Assembly: GCA_023515725.1 (NCBI GenBank)
Contig: JALDTO010000235.1
Span: 715,381-777,856 of the forward strand
Reading direction: 5' to 3'
Source: Amoeboaphelidium protococcarum X5
Lineage: Eukaryota > Fungi > Aphelidiomycota
DNA: 62,476 nucleotides
The position numbers were made by a program, and so were the translations under genes. Under the pieces are notes generated by a model. The model was given only the letters and a program-made list of their open reading frames with translations, was not told the origin of the DNA and searched no databases. This document shows, piece after piece, positions 13,610-27,720 of the stretch (the stretch's first letter is position 1; every line of letters starts with the position of its first letter).

Positions 13610-14010
13610 TTTCCTGCAGGTTTGATTTTTCTTGCTCTTATAAATAGAGCTATATTGAATATATCAGAAATTAGGACAAAGGAATCGTGAGGAATATAAG
13701 GCTTAATTTATGAAAATCGTGCTTAGGGGCTAGCTGCTAGTGGTTTCAGATCATTCGCCTTGTCCCCGTGCCACTTTGACTCCTGGACAACAGAGGTAAC
13801 AAGTGCGTAAATTTCGAACTTGAATAATTAGAGCTTATTATTTTTATTAGCCACTGTAATTAATTACTGGTAGAATGTTCGTCAGCAAACGAATTTGAAT
13901 AACGTTTATAGACGTGACATCTAAACTAAGGAGATGGCTACGTTTTAATAAACAGTACATCGTGTTTATTGATCATTCTTACGCACAAGACAACTATTAA
14001 TACCTGGATT

Positions 14011-14551
14011 TCAGTCCAACATGCTTTAAAACATGAGCTCATCATAATTCTCAATGAGCTTCGAATCGTCACGGTAAGCCGCTTGCCACCCGATGAAACC
14101 ATCTTTCAACACGTAGACTTTCCCGTTCCACTTTGCCGCGTCTTCAGTGCCCAAGAACTCTTTGATGTATCTGGAGAAATTCATCGCACATTTCGGGCCT
14201 CTTTGTTGTGATTGCCTACTTTATACTCAGTAAATGAGATTGCATCTGTCTTCTTTTACGTACAGAACACTTACATGCAGTGAAAGACAATGTCTGGGCA
14301 ATGATTATACTTTTCCAATAGATTTTTGATTTAGTCTGCAAAGGTATGCGCAGGAACATTTACAGAACCGACAATGTTGCCGCCAGCATGATCATCTTAT
14401 CTCACATCCACAATCACAAAATCTTTTCTACACGTTCAGTGGCTAATAAAAACACGAGAATAGTAGAGGCTTGATTAATTGTCCGAGCCCACCCTGCCTA
14501 TCTAGTCTCAATCCACTGTTTTAAAGTTGAGTGTTCGATATACCGATACAT
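14011..14551 (-). CDS. Rhodanese-fold Cdc25-like phosphatase/arsenate reductase (Ych1/Ibp1/Acr2 family), 2 introns
   Basis: FVIVDVR.DD..GGNIVGSVNVP, active site VFHCM-QSQQRGP split by an intron, VYVLKDGFIGW. Confidence 0.85.
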
Positions 14552-14675
14552 TTTCGTGTGAGCGTTTTAAAAGACAGAAAGTAATCGCCAACAGGAAAGA
14601 AGAACTGCATGGTGTTAATAAACCCGTTTATTCATATCATCACTTCACGTCTGATCATTAAATTAATTAACTCGA

Positions 14676-15710
14676 TCAAGCCCAAACCTTTAACAAACTG
14701 TCCCATGATCCAGTACACAAAGCCATACCATCACTGCTGACACCCAGACAGCTGACACGATTGTCATGAGCTGCCAGAACACCAACACGCTCGCACTTCA
14801 AAGTGTCCCAAACATTGCAGTTGAAGTCATCATATCCGGCAAAGAGCAGACGGCCAGAGATGGAGAATGCCACCGAGGTGATACCACACAGAATGTTGTC
14901 ATGAGTATACTGGTTCAATTCTCTGTCAGCACGCAAATCAAACAGACGGCAAGATGCATCATCAGATCCAGTACCGAAAGCATCACCGTTAGGGAAGAAC
15001 TGCACTGCGTTAATATCAGATTCATGACCAGTAAAAGTCTACACACACTTGCTGGTACGGATATCCCAAACCTTGGTGGTGGCATCGCACGCTCCAGACA
15101 CAAAGATGTTCTTATCAGGAGAAAGGGACAGACTCATAACATCACCCGTGTGATCATCAAACTCTTGAACCTTTACACCTGCATCGATGTCCCACAACAT
15201 ACAAGACATATCACCGGAAGAAGTCAAAATTTGACGGTCACTGATGAAACGGCAGCAAGATAGATAGCCAGTGTGAGCACTCAACTCTCGGGCCACCTTG
15301 GCACTGCCCTCCTTGGACTTCAAATTGTAGACTGAGCAAATGTTATCCAGACCACCGCACGCAACCAGATTTCCACTAGGAGCAAAAGCGCAAGTCATAA
15401 CCCAAGAAGACTTTAATGGAATAGCATGAACCTTGTTTGAAGTATAAGCATCCCAAACGATGAGTTTACCATCCTGTGAAGCACTGACCAAGTGACGCTT
15501 ATCCTAAGCCCAGTGCATAGCATAAACTTTAGCCAAGTGACCTTTCAACGTACGCTTGACTTTCATAACAATTCTAGGTAGAGGTTCCAGCTCACTGGCC
15601 ACAGCTTTCAGTGTGGTATCAGCCAGAGATTCTTTCTTGGCCTTAATTTTCTCTTTCAAAGCTTCAGCTTCTTTACGAGCAGCTGCAATTCTCTCTGCAA
15701 TATCAGCCAT
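14676..15710 (-). CDS. GNB1: Heterotrimeric G-protein beta subunit (WD40)
   Basis: [40 protein letters not shown]; three track ORFs join across TAG codons. Confidence 0.97.
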
Positions 15711-16189
15711 TCTATTTCAATAATTTGGTAGTGTAGCAGTTTAAAGGATGAAGTAAATCAATCAATCAACAGAATAATCCCTTTTATCACAATTATAAGA
15801 GTACAACAAGAAAAAGTTACTCAGCAACAGCAGCAGCAGCAGTGGTAGGAGAGAGAATATTGTTGATGTTTGTGTTGTTTCAACTAAGCGACGGAAAAGG
15901 AAAAGTTCAAGCGGCGAGAGCGTTGAGCGTAAATTTATGACTGAGAGGGCGAGCGAGCGATACACAAATAGCTTTTATTGGCAAACAAATTGTTGAAACT
16001 TAACATCTCGTTGCCAAGGTTATATTTTATTACTCATGTCTTATTATATTGATGTCTCTCAAAGCTAATGTTATATTATTTATAGCCAAACGGGGTAATA
16101 ACTTAGCTCAAGGACAAATTATAAAAAGTTCTTTGATTCTCAGATAAATCTTAAACGTCACGCGATGTCATTTGTGTTCAAATGCAAAA

Positions 16190-17402
<1,213 letters not shown>

Positions 17403-17554
17403 TTATTTTGCTTAAATTTGTTTTTTTTGTTTTGCAGAACAAAAATTATCCACAAAGTACCACTCAGTCGCTCTCTATTGGCAATTTGATATTTTTCAAT
17501 TGCTTCTTTATCGCCTTGTTTCAGTATTTTGACCTCAACTACTGTATAGATAAG

Positions 17555-18434
17555 ATGAACGAGAACAGTCCCGAAGTTATGAATGCTCCAATTCAAATAG
17601 GATCTAAAAGATCCCACGGCGAGGATACAGATGGAAATGCTAATTCCGTAGCGATGAAGCAAGCTAAAGTACTCTCGCTGGAGTAAGAGACTATGGGAAA
17701 GTCATGGTAGGAGGCATTGACAAATGAATTTCAGAAACCGTATTTTCAAGATTTGAAAAAGTTCCTGGATCAACAGAAACAGAACAACAAGAAGATATTC
17801 CCATAGCGTGAGGACATTTATAGTTGGTCGCGACATTGTGCCGTTGATCAGATTAAAGCAGTGATAATCGGTCAAGGTATGTTGTATACTGTATCTGCGT
17901 TATAACAACTTTAAGTACTAGCACTCAATATCTGTAGATCCCTATCATAATGACGGCTAAGCACATGGGTTCTGCTTTAGCGTCCGTGAAGGAGTAAAAT
18001 TACCGCCAAGTCTTGTAAACATATTCAAAGAAGTGGAGCGTGATATCGGACCACTAGATTGTAAGAAGTATGGTTGTCTGCAGGCGTGGGCTGATCAAGG
18101 AGTTCTCTTACTCAACGCCGTACTGACTGTGGAAGCGCACAAGGCCAACTCGCACGCTAATAAAGGATGGGAGTAGTTTACAGATGCTGTTATCCAAGTT
18201 GTTACCCAGAAGAATGAGAACGTTGTGTTTATGCTATGGGGAAATCATGCGCAGAAGAAAGTGCGCGGTATTGACGAGTCGCGACATCTGGTACTAAACA
18301 CTGTTCATCCAAGTCCGCTGAGTGCCCGGCGCGGTTACTTTGGCTGCAGTCATTTCTCTTTGGCGAACAAATACCTCTCTGAGCATGGAAAGTTGCCAAT
18401 TTCCTGGAATCTTTTGAAAAAGCTTGCCAAGTGA
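17555..18434 (+). CDS. UNG: Uracil-DNA glycosylase
   Basis: IGQDPYH..GQAHG (Q=TAA), [25 protein letters not shown]; intron 17877-17937. Confidence 0.96.
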
Positions 18435-18511
18435 CGCGTTATTTTGTTTGTTCTTAACAGATTTATTCTTCATCTTTTCTTACTTGTATTAAATATAAAT
18501 TCCCAATAATT

Positions 18512-19072
18512 ATGTAAAATCAGTGTCTTTGGGAGCATTGTGGCGCTGTGTTGAACAGTCAAGAAGATTTTATCTAGCATGTTAATTCTCAGCATGTTGA
18601 ACGAGACCCGCCGTATGAGTGCAAATGGGTTGGCTGTGACAAGTTCAATTAAAATTTGGCTAAGAGTATTTTTCTCATTCACATGACAAAGCACTCTGGG
18701 GAAAAGAAGTTTTAATGCGATATTGATGGCTGCAACAAGTCATTTGCTAGACAGGATGCTCTACGGAAGCATTAGAAGAAAATTCATGACTGGGTTTAAT
18801 CCCCATCAACTGCAAATAGGAAACGATCAATTGGTTAGTTGGCTGATCATCACAAGCAAGGGGAAGGTCATGAACTATCTGACTTGCCTATTGCAACATT
18901 TTACACAGAGCAGTAGAAGGAATAATTCTTACTGTAGGATTATACTTAGTATCTCCAGCAGAGTAAATAAGATCTAAATGAAGAGCTAGTGGCACTGGAA
19001 GCTGAAATCGGTAGACGAACGTATTTAAATATGATCTTGGCTAATTACATCTGCGAACATTCTACCGAATGA
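18512..19072 (+). CDS. Three-finger C2H2 zinc-finger protein with C-terminal coiled coil
   Basis: CLWEHC...HVNSQH, CKWVGC...HMTKH, SGEKKFQCDIDGCNKSFARQDALRKHQKKIH. Confidence 0.85.
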
Positions 19073-19129
19073 TGAAAGTTGTGTATCTATTGTTATAATG
19101 TGAATGTATTTATTATGAATTGCTGGTAC

Positions 19130-20410
19130 TCAAAATATAGTTCCTATTAGATCTAGCCAACTCACAAACCTTTCATCTGATTTAGAGAACTCTAGAAAAT
19201 CATTTAATGTTATGGACGCGTCATTGATTGTTGCATTATCCAATTTTATAGATTAGACAAGACTGCCGGCAAGGCTATCAATGGACTATTCAGATGCTAG
19301 CTGTAACAATCGTAGGCGATCTCTCTCACTATTATTCCACATAGATTAGCTACCTGGACTAAGGGGTGGCAGTTTAACCACTGGTATAGGAGCTGTGAAC
19401 GAAGCTGAAACTGGAGCAGTATTTTTAATCAGATTGCCTGAACCAACACCACGCATATTAAAGTTATCCAAAGTCTCTTCACCTACACTCCGAACGACAT
19501 CCCTGACAAACTCTTTAGATAGATCGAGATACGCGATTAGAAAACGCTTCAGATCCTCCTAAACGATCGCTCCTTTAAATCCGCTATCGATCACTTTGAA
19601 AGCAAATTCAATCTTTAGCTCTTTTGTACCATTAATAAGTATATTCATACACCGAATAAATCCCCCAAACGTTATCCCCGCCGAGATGATCTCTTTGTCA
19701 TTCAAGCTCGAAAATACTTGAAACAAGCGATCAATCAAATATTTATTGCCATTTCCAATGGGGCCAAAACAGCGCGTAAAATTATCTTTCGTAATCACAG
19801 CTATGACAGTACCATCGTTATTTTACTAAACTGATACAGCCTGGGATAAAAATTGCTGATATAGCGCCCCAAACTAGAGCGGATCAAATGCAGTTTCGGC
19901 GCGCACAGAATCCATATCGTCCGAATCAACTGGATCAGTGTAGCTCTAGTTCATATTACCATTGTAAAACGGCCTAAGCAATGCTATACGTGGATTAGCC
20001 AGAGGCGGAATAGGTATCTTGATTTACACAAAGCAATGCAGAGGATTGTGTGTAGTCGTGAATTGACACTGCTGACAAATGTCAAAATCCATGCAGTTCA
20101 AGCATTTAAATCGGATTCCTCGTATTGCTGACTGGTGACATTCATTGCAGGTGACTCCTCTATGGATATGCGCATCTATCTAAGCTTGGGTCTCTGAGAC
20201 TGAATTCAATAACTATATTAGAGCCTCAGAATTTGGCGATTTCATGGCCGGAGACATCAAGTGCACCATTTGGAGCGGAGTAAGGGGAGGTTGCTGTTAA
20301 TCCAGTTCCTTCCTCTTTTAACCATAATCTATTGAAAGCAAAACATACAAGCTAAGACTTATACTCAGACTCCCAATACCTATCAACGCAAATTAGGTGG
20401 TTGTAATCAT
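19130..20410 (-). CDS. ZZ-type zinc finger plus EF-hand-like protein with N-terminal membrane anchor
   Basis: IHRGVTCNECH...IRGIRFKCLNCMDFDICQQC...H...H; KIEFAFKVID; hydrophobic N-terminus. Confidence 0.8.
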
Positions 20411-20596
20411 TAAGCAATCGACTATCTTATGATGAGGTTGAGCTATCTCTTTCTCCAGTACAAAAGCGCGTCAGCTGAAACAATTCTATCGTTGTCGCAT
20501 TTTAAATCTGCTTCGTCTAAAAAGTCAATTTTATTCGAGTCATACTAAGAATAACACCGCTATTACACCTATTTGAGAACGGCCAATATTATTAAT

Positions 20597-21138
20597 ATGC
20601 AAGCTGCACCGCCTGGATGGGAGTTAAGAGAGAGTAAATCTAATCCTGGGAAAATGTACTACTTCAATAATTAGACAGGTGAGTCTACCTGGGAGTATCC
20701 TAATACCGCCGCCGCTGCTCCCCAACAGAACAAGTCATAGGAGGTTCGCGCTTCACACTTGTTAGTGAAACACAGCAAATCCAGGCGTCCATCTTCATGG
20801 CGATAGGTAAACTATATACCATTTCAACACTCTTTTATTAATACTATTATCGGACTCTATTCCAAATGTAGGAAACCATCACGATCAGCTAGGAGGATGC
20901 GATGAAATTAATACTGGAGTATCGCGCTTAGATTGAGAGTGGGTAGACAACGCTGGCCGAACTGGCTCAGCAATACTCTGACTGTAGTTCCGCTAAGAAG
21001 GGCGGCGATTTGGGATGGTTCGGTAAAGGATAAATGTAGAAAGCTTTTGAAGACGCGACTTATAGTCTGAAAGTTGGTGAGTTGAGTTAGCCTGTTGTCT
21101 CAGACTCTGGTGTTCACCTAATCCTTCGCACAGGCTGA
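20597..21138 (+). CDS. PIN1: Peptidyl-prolyl isomerase Pin1/Ess1 (WW + parvulin)
   Basis: PPGWE...YYFN...STWEYP, ASHLLVKH, SDCSSAKKGGDLG, GQMQKAFE; intron 20807-20871. Confidence 0.96.
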
Positions 21139-21227
21139 AAATTGACTATATCAACATTCAAGAGAAATGAATAAATAAAAGTTACGGCTTCAACTACATT
21201 TACTGCATTATATTCAAAGAAGGTGTA

Positions 21228-22341
21228 TCACTTCATTCGCTTGTAAATACGCTTGGTAAAGTCCAAAAATACAGCTCTTGGAACTTGATCTTCATCGACA
21301 CGATTGATCATGGCGACAATCTCACCGTGCGATTTCTCTTCATACTAGCGGTATACAGACTCTAGATCCAATTGGCTGTACAACTCCTTAACAGACTACT
21401 CACATTCAGCATTCTTCTTACCATATTTGTCCTTTAGTAGATTCAACTGCTCAGGATTACACAACTTGACAGCTTGTACCACCAGCCACGAGCACTTGTT
21501 ATCTTGAATATCAGTTCCAATTTTACCAATGACTTGAGGATCCCCATAACAATCCAAGTAATCATCCTACACTTGAAAGAATATTCCTAGAGGTACTAGA
21601 ATATCCATAGCTTGCGAGTAGACGGCTTCATCCACAATGCCTGCCATGCTCATAGCCAAAGCCACGGGCAAGTAGAAAGAGTAGTAAGCAGTCTTGTACT
21701 GGACAATCTTCACGTACCTTTCATCAGTGAAACGACTCAGATCAGACTGCACAGGATCTTCAGGCGCAGTCAACAAGTCCAGCAGTTGACCGAGCTCAGT
21801 GCGGTAGGTGGTGTCGTGGAAAAGTTCCAACAACATTCCATAGCATGCATCCTGGCGAAAGTACTTGCGCAGAAGACGGTAAATCACGGACTCAAGAATG
21901 AAAGAGTCGTTTATAGCCATATTACCAACTTCTTTGTTCAAGTACCAGCACGGCTGACCACGACGCGTCTTTGAATGATCCATAATATCGTCAGCCACTA
22001 GAAAGAAGGCTTGCAGAATCTCCACACACCATCCCAGAACATTGGCTTTGAACGTGGCCTAAGTGGTGATTTCCTATCCCTTCGCCGTCATAATCAGTTG
22101 GTAGGTGTGGTATACACTCAATCCGCGGTTCATTTTACCACCAGGAACTGTATAAAACAGCATCTACACATGGCAACGGAATGATGATGTTCTGGTATGT
22201 CGAATATAAAAATGTAAAGCTTACACGTCGCAAATAGTCAACAGCATCTTTAGGAAAGTTAAGCGCCTCAACTTCGCTTATAATGTCTTGCGCAATATGT
22301 TCAAAGGTATCCTCGAAGCTAACAGTTTATGGTATTGTCAT
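21228..22341 (-). CDS. ERG20: Farnesyl diphosphate synthase
   Basis: [17 protein letters not shown]...[35 protein letters not shown]; intron 22164-22224. Confidence 0.96.
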
Positions 22342-22789
22342 CTCTATCTTACCAGTTGACTAACTACTGAGAACTTTATTAATCAATGGATTAGCCGAGG
22401 GGACGCGCTTTTGGAGAGATTGAGAGGCGCAGTCGATCGAACAAATAGTGGCTGCTTCTCTTGTGAATTCTCTCTCACACGATAGGCTGGTTTTTAAATA
22501 AACGAGGTGCATATGAGAAAGAAGAATTGAGATTCGCTTCGAAAATTCAACGTAGTAAAAGAACTGGGGTGAATAGTGTTCCCGTAAAAGGCAACCATCA
22601 AAGTTGACTTTGTTTGAAGTACTGAAGGTTTCGCCTTTTACTCAACTCGTTGACGACAAAAGCAACTCGACAAATACCGTGCAGATTTTACGCGAGCGCG
22701 AAGGTATTGAGCCTGATAGACGAAAAGTAAAAGATTCACATAGTAAGTATTTATTTGCCAAGTACTGCCAAGATTCATATAATAATTAT

Positions 22790-25040
22790 TCATTTGCCAA
22801 GGACTGCCAAGATTGCTATGCGAAGTCCCAATTATGTGACACCGACTTCCTTTAATTCACCATCAGTCAGATCCAATAACTCATCAACACCAATTTCTTA
22901 CGCCTCAAACACAGTACGTATGATTCCAATTTGGCGAGCATCCTTCCCTCTGGCACTCAACGCCTCATAGAATTCGTTCATATCCCCAAACTTATTGCGT
23001 TTTCGTTTCAAGGAGGAACCAGACAGGAATATGCCTATGTTTTGAGCAGACTCCACATCATCCTGATCCTTTGCAATATCCATCAACATCTTCAGAGACT
23101 CTGCTGTTTGTGAAGGGTTATATAAATCCAAAGGCAAATGCATCATCGTCGCAAATAGATCTCGATCAATGAAGTAGCAATTGTTGTCGTTAAAATTTGC
23201 CTTGTAGGTTGGTGTGACTCGGATAGACGATTCGGGTGCCAGGAAGATTCGACAATCATTCGTTCCACTGAGAGGTGGTATCTTCAACATTTCCTGAAGA
23301 GCTTCATTTGCCTTGGTCGTGGAGCCACTCTTTTAAACAGTGAGCTGACATAATACTCTTACTGGAATCGAGTTTTACTGTGCGTAAAATACGACATCAG
23401 TCTTCAACTTGCGATAATCCGGATCCTTCATCACATATACAACATTTTCATCAACACAGTCATCAACTTTGTCCACGATGGAGATGGAAGGATTCCAATC
23501 TAGTCTCGGTTCCAAGTCCATGTCGGAAGTCAATCTCGTCCACAATAGCGAAGAATTCGACTATAATTAAAGCTCCAATGCGAACATAAACTCAAACATC
23601 TTCCCATTAAGCGTTGCCACATATCCTCCCGATGCCTTGATAGCTGCGACCAAGTGTTGAATGTTGTCCCAATTGAACCAATTTACATGTCGACTGAATA
23701 TCTTGACCAAGAATCGATTAGGAGGATACAACTTCCACGTCCCATTCTGAACTGTCCGAACCAACCCAGCTTCAATGAAAGGCATCCAGTTCGACGGTAG
23801 GGTATCGAATTCAAGGTAACCAGACTCGTTATTGATGAATGCATGTGTGTGCAGGAGGCAAAGATTTCGTGAGTAGATTACCAACTTTTCCGGAGAAAGT
23901 CCAAAAGCCTTAATAGTGGATTCGATTTGTTGACGATACAATCCAACGGCACCATCTTCAATTTTGTCCCAAAGTGAAAGGAGATCGGCTTCGGACACCA
24001 TTGTGTGTTGTTGAGCAGTAAAGATAAACCAAAACAGCATTTTCGGATGACCGCAAAGATTCTTGAACTTGTCTTTCAATACGCCGCCTGCTTGATCCAA
24101 TCTATAGTAGCTCGATAGAACGGTAGCTACATCGTTTTCCGTCAGGTCGCGCAAAGTTTTCGCAACATCGTATATTTCACCAAAGCTGCTAGCAACTTTC
24201 ATTTCAAGATACAAGTTCGGCCGCGTACCGGAAAACACCCACAATTTCTCCCTACACGTCTGCAACGAAGAAACACGACGAGAAAACAGTCTTACTGCGA
24301 AGCACATCAAATCCCCAACTCGAATCTTGTTATCAACAGTCTTTTCAGGATTTTTAGTTGATCCGCAAAAGAACTATTGGCAATCATCCAAATGTATCAC
24401 TAGCAAACGGTCCAGCTTCCTCATATATTCAATCACTTTCTTGTAACAAGCTTGCAAAGAGAGAGTCGCCGTGTGAGTATCTTCAGAGCTTAATATTGGT
24501 GAGACGCGTTCCGGAATCGAAACTTCAATTGCACCACCCTATTCGAGATTGGATGCGTCCAATTCATCCAGCTGTTCGACAATACTTTGGCATAAAAGCA
24601 AGAGCATATTGTCAAATTGCTCTGCCATATACTCCTCCACCTTCTCGTACAGCACGTAATCTTCTAAATTCCATTGGAGGATCTTGACGGCGACCAAATA
24701 AGCGACACGACTGGAATAATGAAGTGAACAAGCGGTTGTTGAGGAGGCTGATAGGAGCATGGATACTCTTTGACAATCGGGCAGCTTCCATAATAGTAGT
24801 TGTCTTACCAGATCCAGACATGTCGAAGCAGGTCACACACGTTGCTTTATCATTTGGATCACTTCCCTTTCCAGCAAAGTGAGTCGTCATTTGGTGAGCC
24901 AGCGATGTGATGGCAGCCGTTTCTACCGCAGGTGATAGATAAAGAGCGCGATTCAGTGATTTAATGACAAATGGCGCGCTCTGTACGGAGCTTGATGGGC
25001 CAGCAGGATTTAGTTGAGGGTAGTCGATTTTGTCAGACAT
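22790..25040 (-). CDS. Crinkler/RHS-type P-loop NTPase + restriction-endonuclease-fold protein with C-terminal SAM domain; frameshift near 24667 (pseudogene or sequence error)
   Basis: Walker A DMSGSGKT, Walker B LVIHLDDCQ, FSGT, GHP, then GKMFE...KTDVVF...ICQLT, and FEAQEIGVDELLDLTDGELKEVGVTQLGLRIAILAVL (SAM). Confidence 0.72.
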
Positions 25041-25301
25041 GATTCTTTATTTGAGAAGAAAAAGAACAATCACTCAAATCGACCAATCAGAGTTAAGTTG
25101 TGCTAAAACTTGGCCTATTGACCACTATATATTAGTCATTTAGATGGAGACGTACTGTATCAGACCGATCTGGGCGATTAACGATCAAGGCCGATCACCG
25201 GTCGTCGTCGTCGTTTCTTCCTTTAGAAATGTTGTCGTTCATCTTTTTCCTCAATGCGGAGAGAGGCGCGCCGGGTAAAAGTTTAAAATCTCTCTTTCTC
25301 T

Positions 25302-25326
25302 TTCAGTCAGTCAGTCAGTCAGTCAG
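25302..25326 (+). repeat. (TCAG)6 microsatellite upstream of ERG13
   Basis: tcagtcagtcagtcagtcagtcag. Confidence 0.8.
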
Positions 25327-25537
25327 GTGAGCGAACAACAGGTGTGTGAACATTGAGTGAGAAAAGAGAACGCCACACGACCGCACGCCTTACCGAATTC
25401 GGATGACTCTCAATAGATCTGCTGTTGCTCTCCTCAATTCTCCGGAAACGTTTAGTTCAATACATAATACGACCGATTGCAATCTCATTATAGATAGCTA
25501 ATAGAAGCAGCTAAATTAATAGTAATCGCACAACAGA

Positions 25538-26998
25538 ATGGTCACCGCTCTAATGAATCCTGCCTCTACCGAACAACCGTTACAGCAAGAACAGCAGTAA
25601 TCTGGACGCAATGCTGCTGCTGTGTAAAGACCTTAGAATGTTGGAATACTGGCCGTGGACATTTATTTTCCATCTGTGTACGTTGATCAGACTGAGTTGG
25701 AGTAGTTCGATGGCGTCTCTGCTGGCAAGTATACAATTGGTCTTGGTCAGGAGAAGATGGCATTCTGTGAGGATAATGAAGACATCTGCTCCATTTCACT
25801 CACCGTGGTCAAGAATCTGATGACCGAGTATAACATCTCTTACAAAGACATTGGCCGTCTTGAGGTTGGCACTGAGACGATCATTGACAAGAGCAAGTCT
25901 GTGAAATCGGTGCTGATGTCATTGTTCCAGGAGCACGACAACGCGGACGTTGAGGGTGTGGACACAACTAATGCATGTTATGGTGGTACTAACGCGTTAT
26001 TTAATTCCATTAATTGGATTGAGAGTTCTGCATGGGATGGTAGATATGCGTTAGTTGTCGCTGGTGATATTGCTGTGTACGCGTCTGGTAGTGCTCGTCC
26101 TACTGGTGGTGCTGGTGTCGTGGCCTTGCTTATTGGACCCAATGCCCCACTGGTATTCGATAATGTCCGCGCTTCTCACATGGAGCACGTTTATGACTTT
26201 TACAAGCCTGACTTGTCCTCTGAGTTCCCCACTGTCGATGGTCCACTAACTATTGAGTGTTATTACCGCGCTTTGGACAACTGCTATCTCAAGTACGTTT
26301 AAAAGTCTGGTGCCAAATTTGACCTTTGCGAGACTTTTGATTATTTATGTTTTCACTCGCCGTACACTAAACTGGTGTAAAAGTCATTCGCTAGACTTGC
26401 CTTTATTGATTTACTGAACAATAAAGAGTATCAGCTGCGTAAAGATTCCGAGTATGAAAAGTTTGCTTCACTGTAGCTTGAGCAGACTTATTTCAACAAG
26501 GATGTGGAGAAGGCATTCGTGACTTGTACCAAGAAGTCATTTAATGATCGTGTCTTGCCGTCTCTGCTCGCTGCCAAGAATATTGGTAACATGTATTGTG
26601 GCTCTCTGTACGGTGGCCTGGTGTCTTTACTGTGCAATGTCGCGCCTCAAGATTTGTTGGGTAAGAAGATTGGATTGTTCTCGTATGGTAGTGGACTGGC
26701 GAGTTCCATGTTTAGCATTCGCGTTCGGGATGACTTGCCAGAGTAGGTAGCCGCTCAGCTTGCGATTTTAAGTGAGACTGTGGATTTGAATAATCGTTTG
26801 AACAGTCGCTTAAAGAAGGAACCATCGGATTTTGTGAAGAGCATGAAACTGAGGGAAGATGTCCATAATCTGAAGGACTATACCCCTAAATCTGATCCTC
26901 GCCAGTTGTTTGATGGGACTTTCTATTTGTCTGCGGTTGATGCCAAGTACAGACGTTCTTATGCTCTGTACTCTGCGAATGCGGCTGGAGAGCTGTGA
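25538..26998 (+). CDS. ERG13: HMG-CoA synthase
   Basis: [55 protein letters not shown]. Confidence 0.96.
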
Positions 26999-27148
26999 GA
27001 TTTTGTATTTTCGGCAACTCGGTAAGGTCTGTAATTTATCTGAAATTTTGTGACAATATATGATACGGTACATTTCGATTTATTTTTCAATTTCCCACTT
27101 TCTTCTTCACCGTTTGATTAAATCAGATCCAAAATTTTGTGGAAGCAG

Positions 27149-27589
27149 ATGAGATTCAACATTGCCTAGTTCGTGACGCTGCTTAGCGCGTTCATGCTCA
27201 CCGTGTTATGTAAGACTGCACCAACGGAGCTATAAATTGGCGTCAAATATATGCCAAAGAAGTGCGATAAAGTTGCAAAGAATAACCAAATGGTGTCCGT
27301 GCACTATACTGGCACACTCTTTGAAAGTGGCGAAAAGTTTGACTCCTCTTTGGATCGTGGTCAGCCATTCAAGTTTATGCTCGGACAAGGTCAAGTTATT
27401 AAAGGGTGGGATAAGGGAGTGCTGAATATGTGTGTTGGTGAAAAGCGAAAGTTGATAATACCAAGCGATTTGGGATACGGTGAACGCGGCGCTGGTGCTT
27501 CAATTCCACCTAACGCTGCTCTCGTGTTTGAAGTTGAGCTTCTCGATGTGATTGACAACGAAGAAGACGCGTACCGTGCCGAGTTATGA
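27149..27589 (+). CDS. FKBP2: ER-type FK506-binding protein (FKBP2/FKBP13)
   Basis: Signal peptide, VHYTG...FDSS...QVIKGWD...LGYG, C-terminal RAEL retention-like signal. Confidence 0.92.
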
Positions 27590-27720
27590 TCAACTTCTCA
27601 TGTGAAGATGTTCATTCAGCAATTTGAAATAGTAAGTATGATAAACAAGTAAAAGGACGTGGTATTAAATTCAAGTACGAACGTTGCTTTACTAGACTTC
27701 ATTAATAATCACTTTAATCT

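Noticed and set aside
14488-14502. CCCACCCTGCCTA as a telomerase RNA template for the CAGGG variant
   Set aside because: Partial match lacking CTAACCC, and it overlaps an exon/intron junction of the Cdc25-like gene. I saw no convincing template elsewhere in the window.
14766-15263. Long antisense ORFs in the track (also 4053-4478, 30775-31233, 45148-45525, 57741-58181)
   Set aside because: Shadows of real genes on the opposite strand, with no motifs of their own.
25159-25200. ATC-n-GAT motifs upstream of ERG13 as sterol regulatory elements
   Set aside because: Spacing does not match the SREBP-type consensus well and no equivalent is evident at ERG20; too weak to call.
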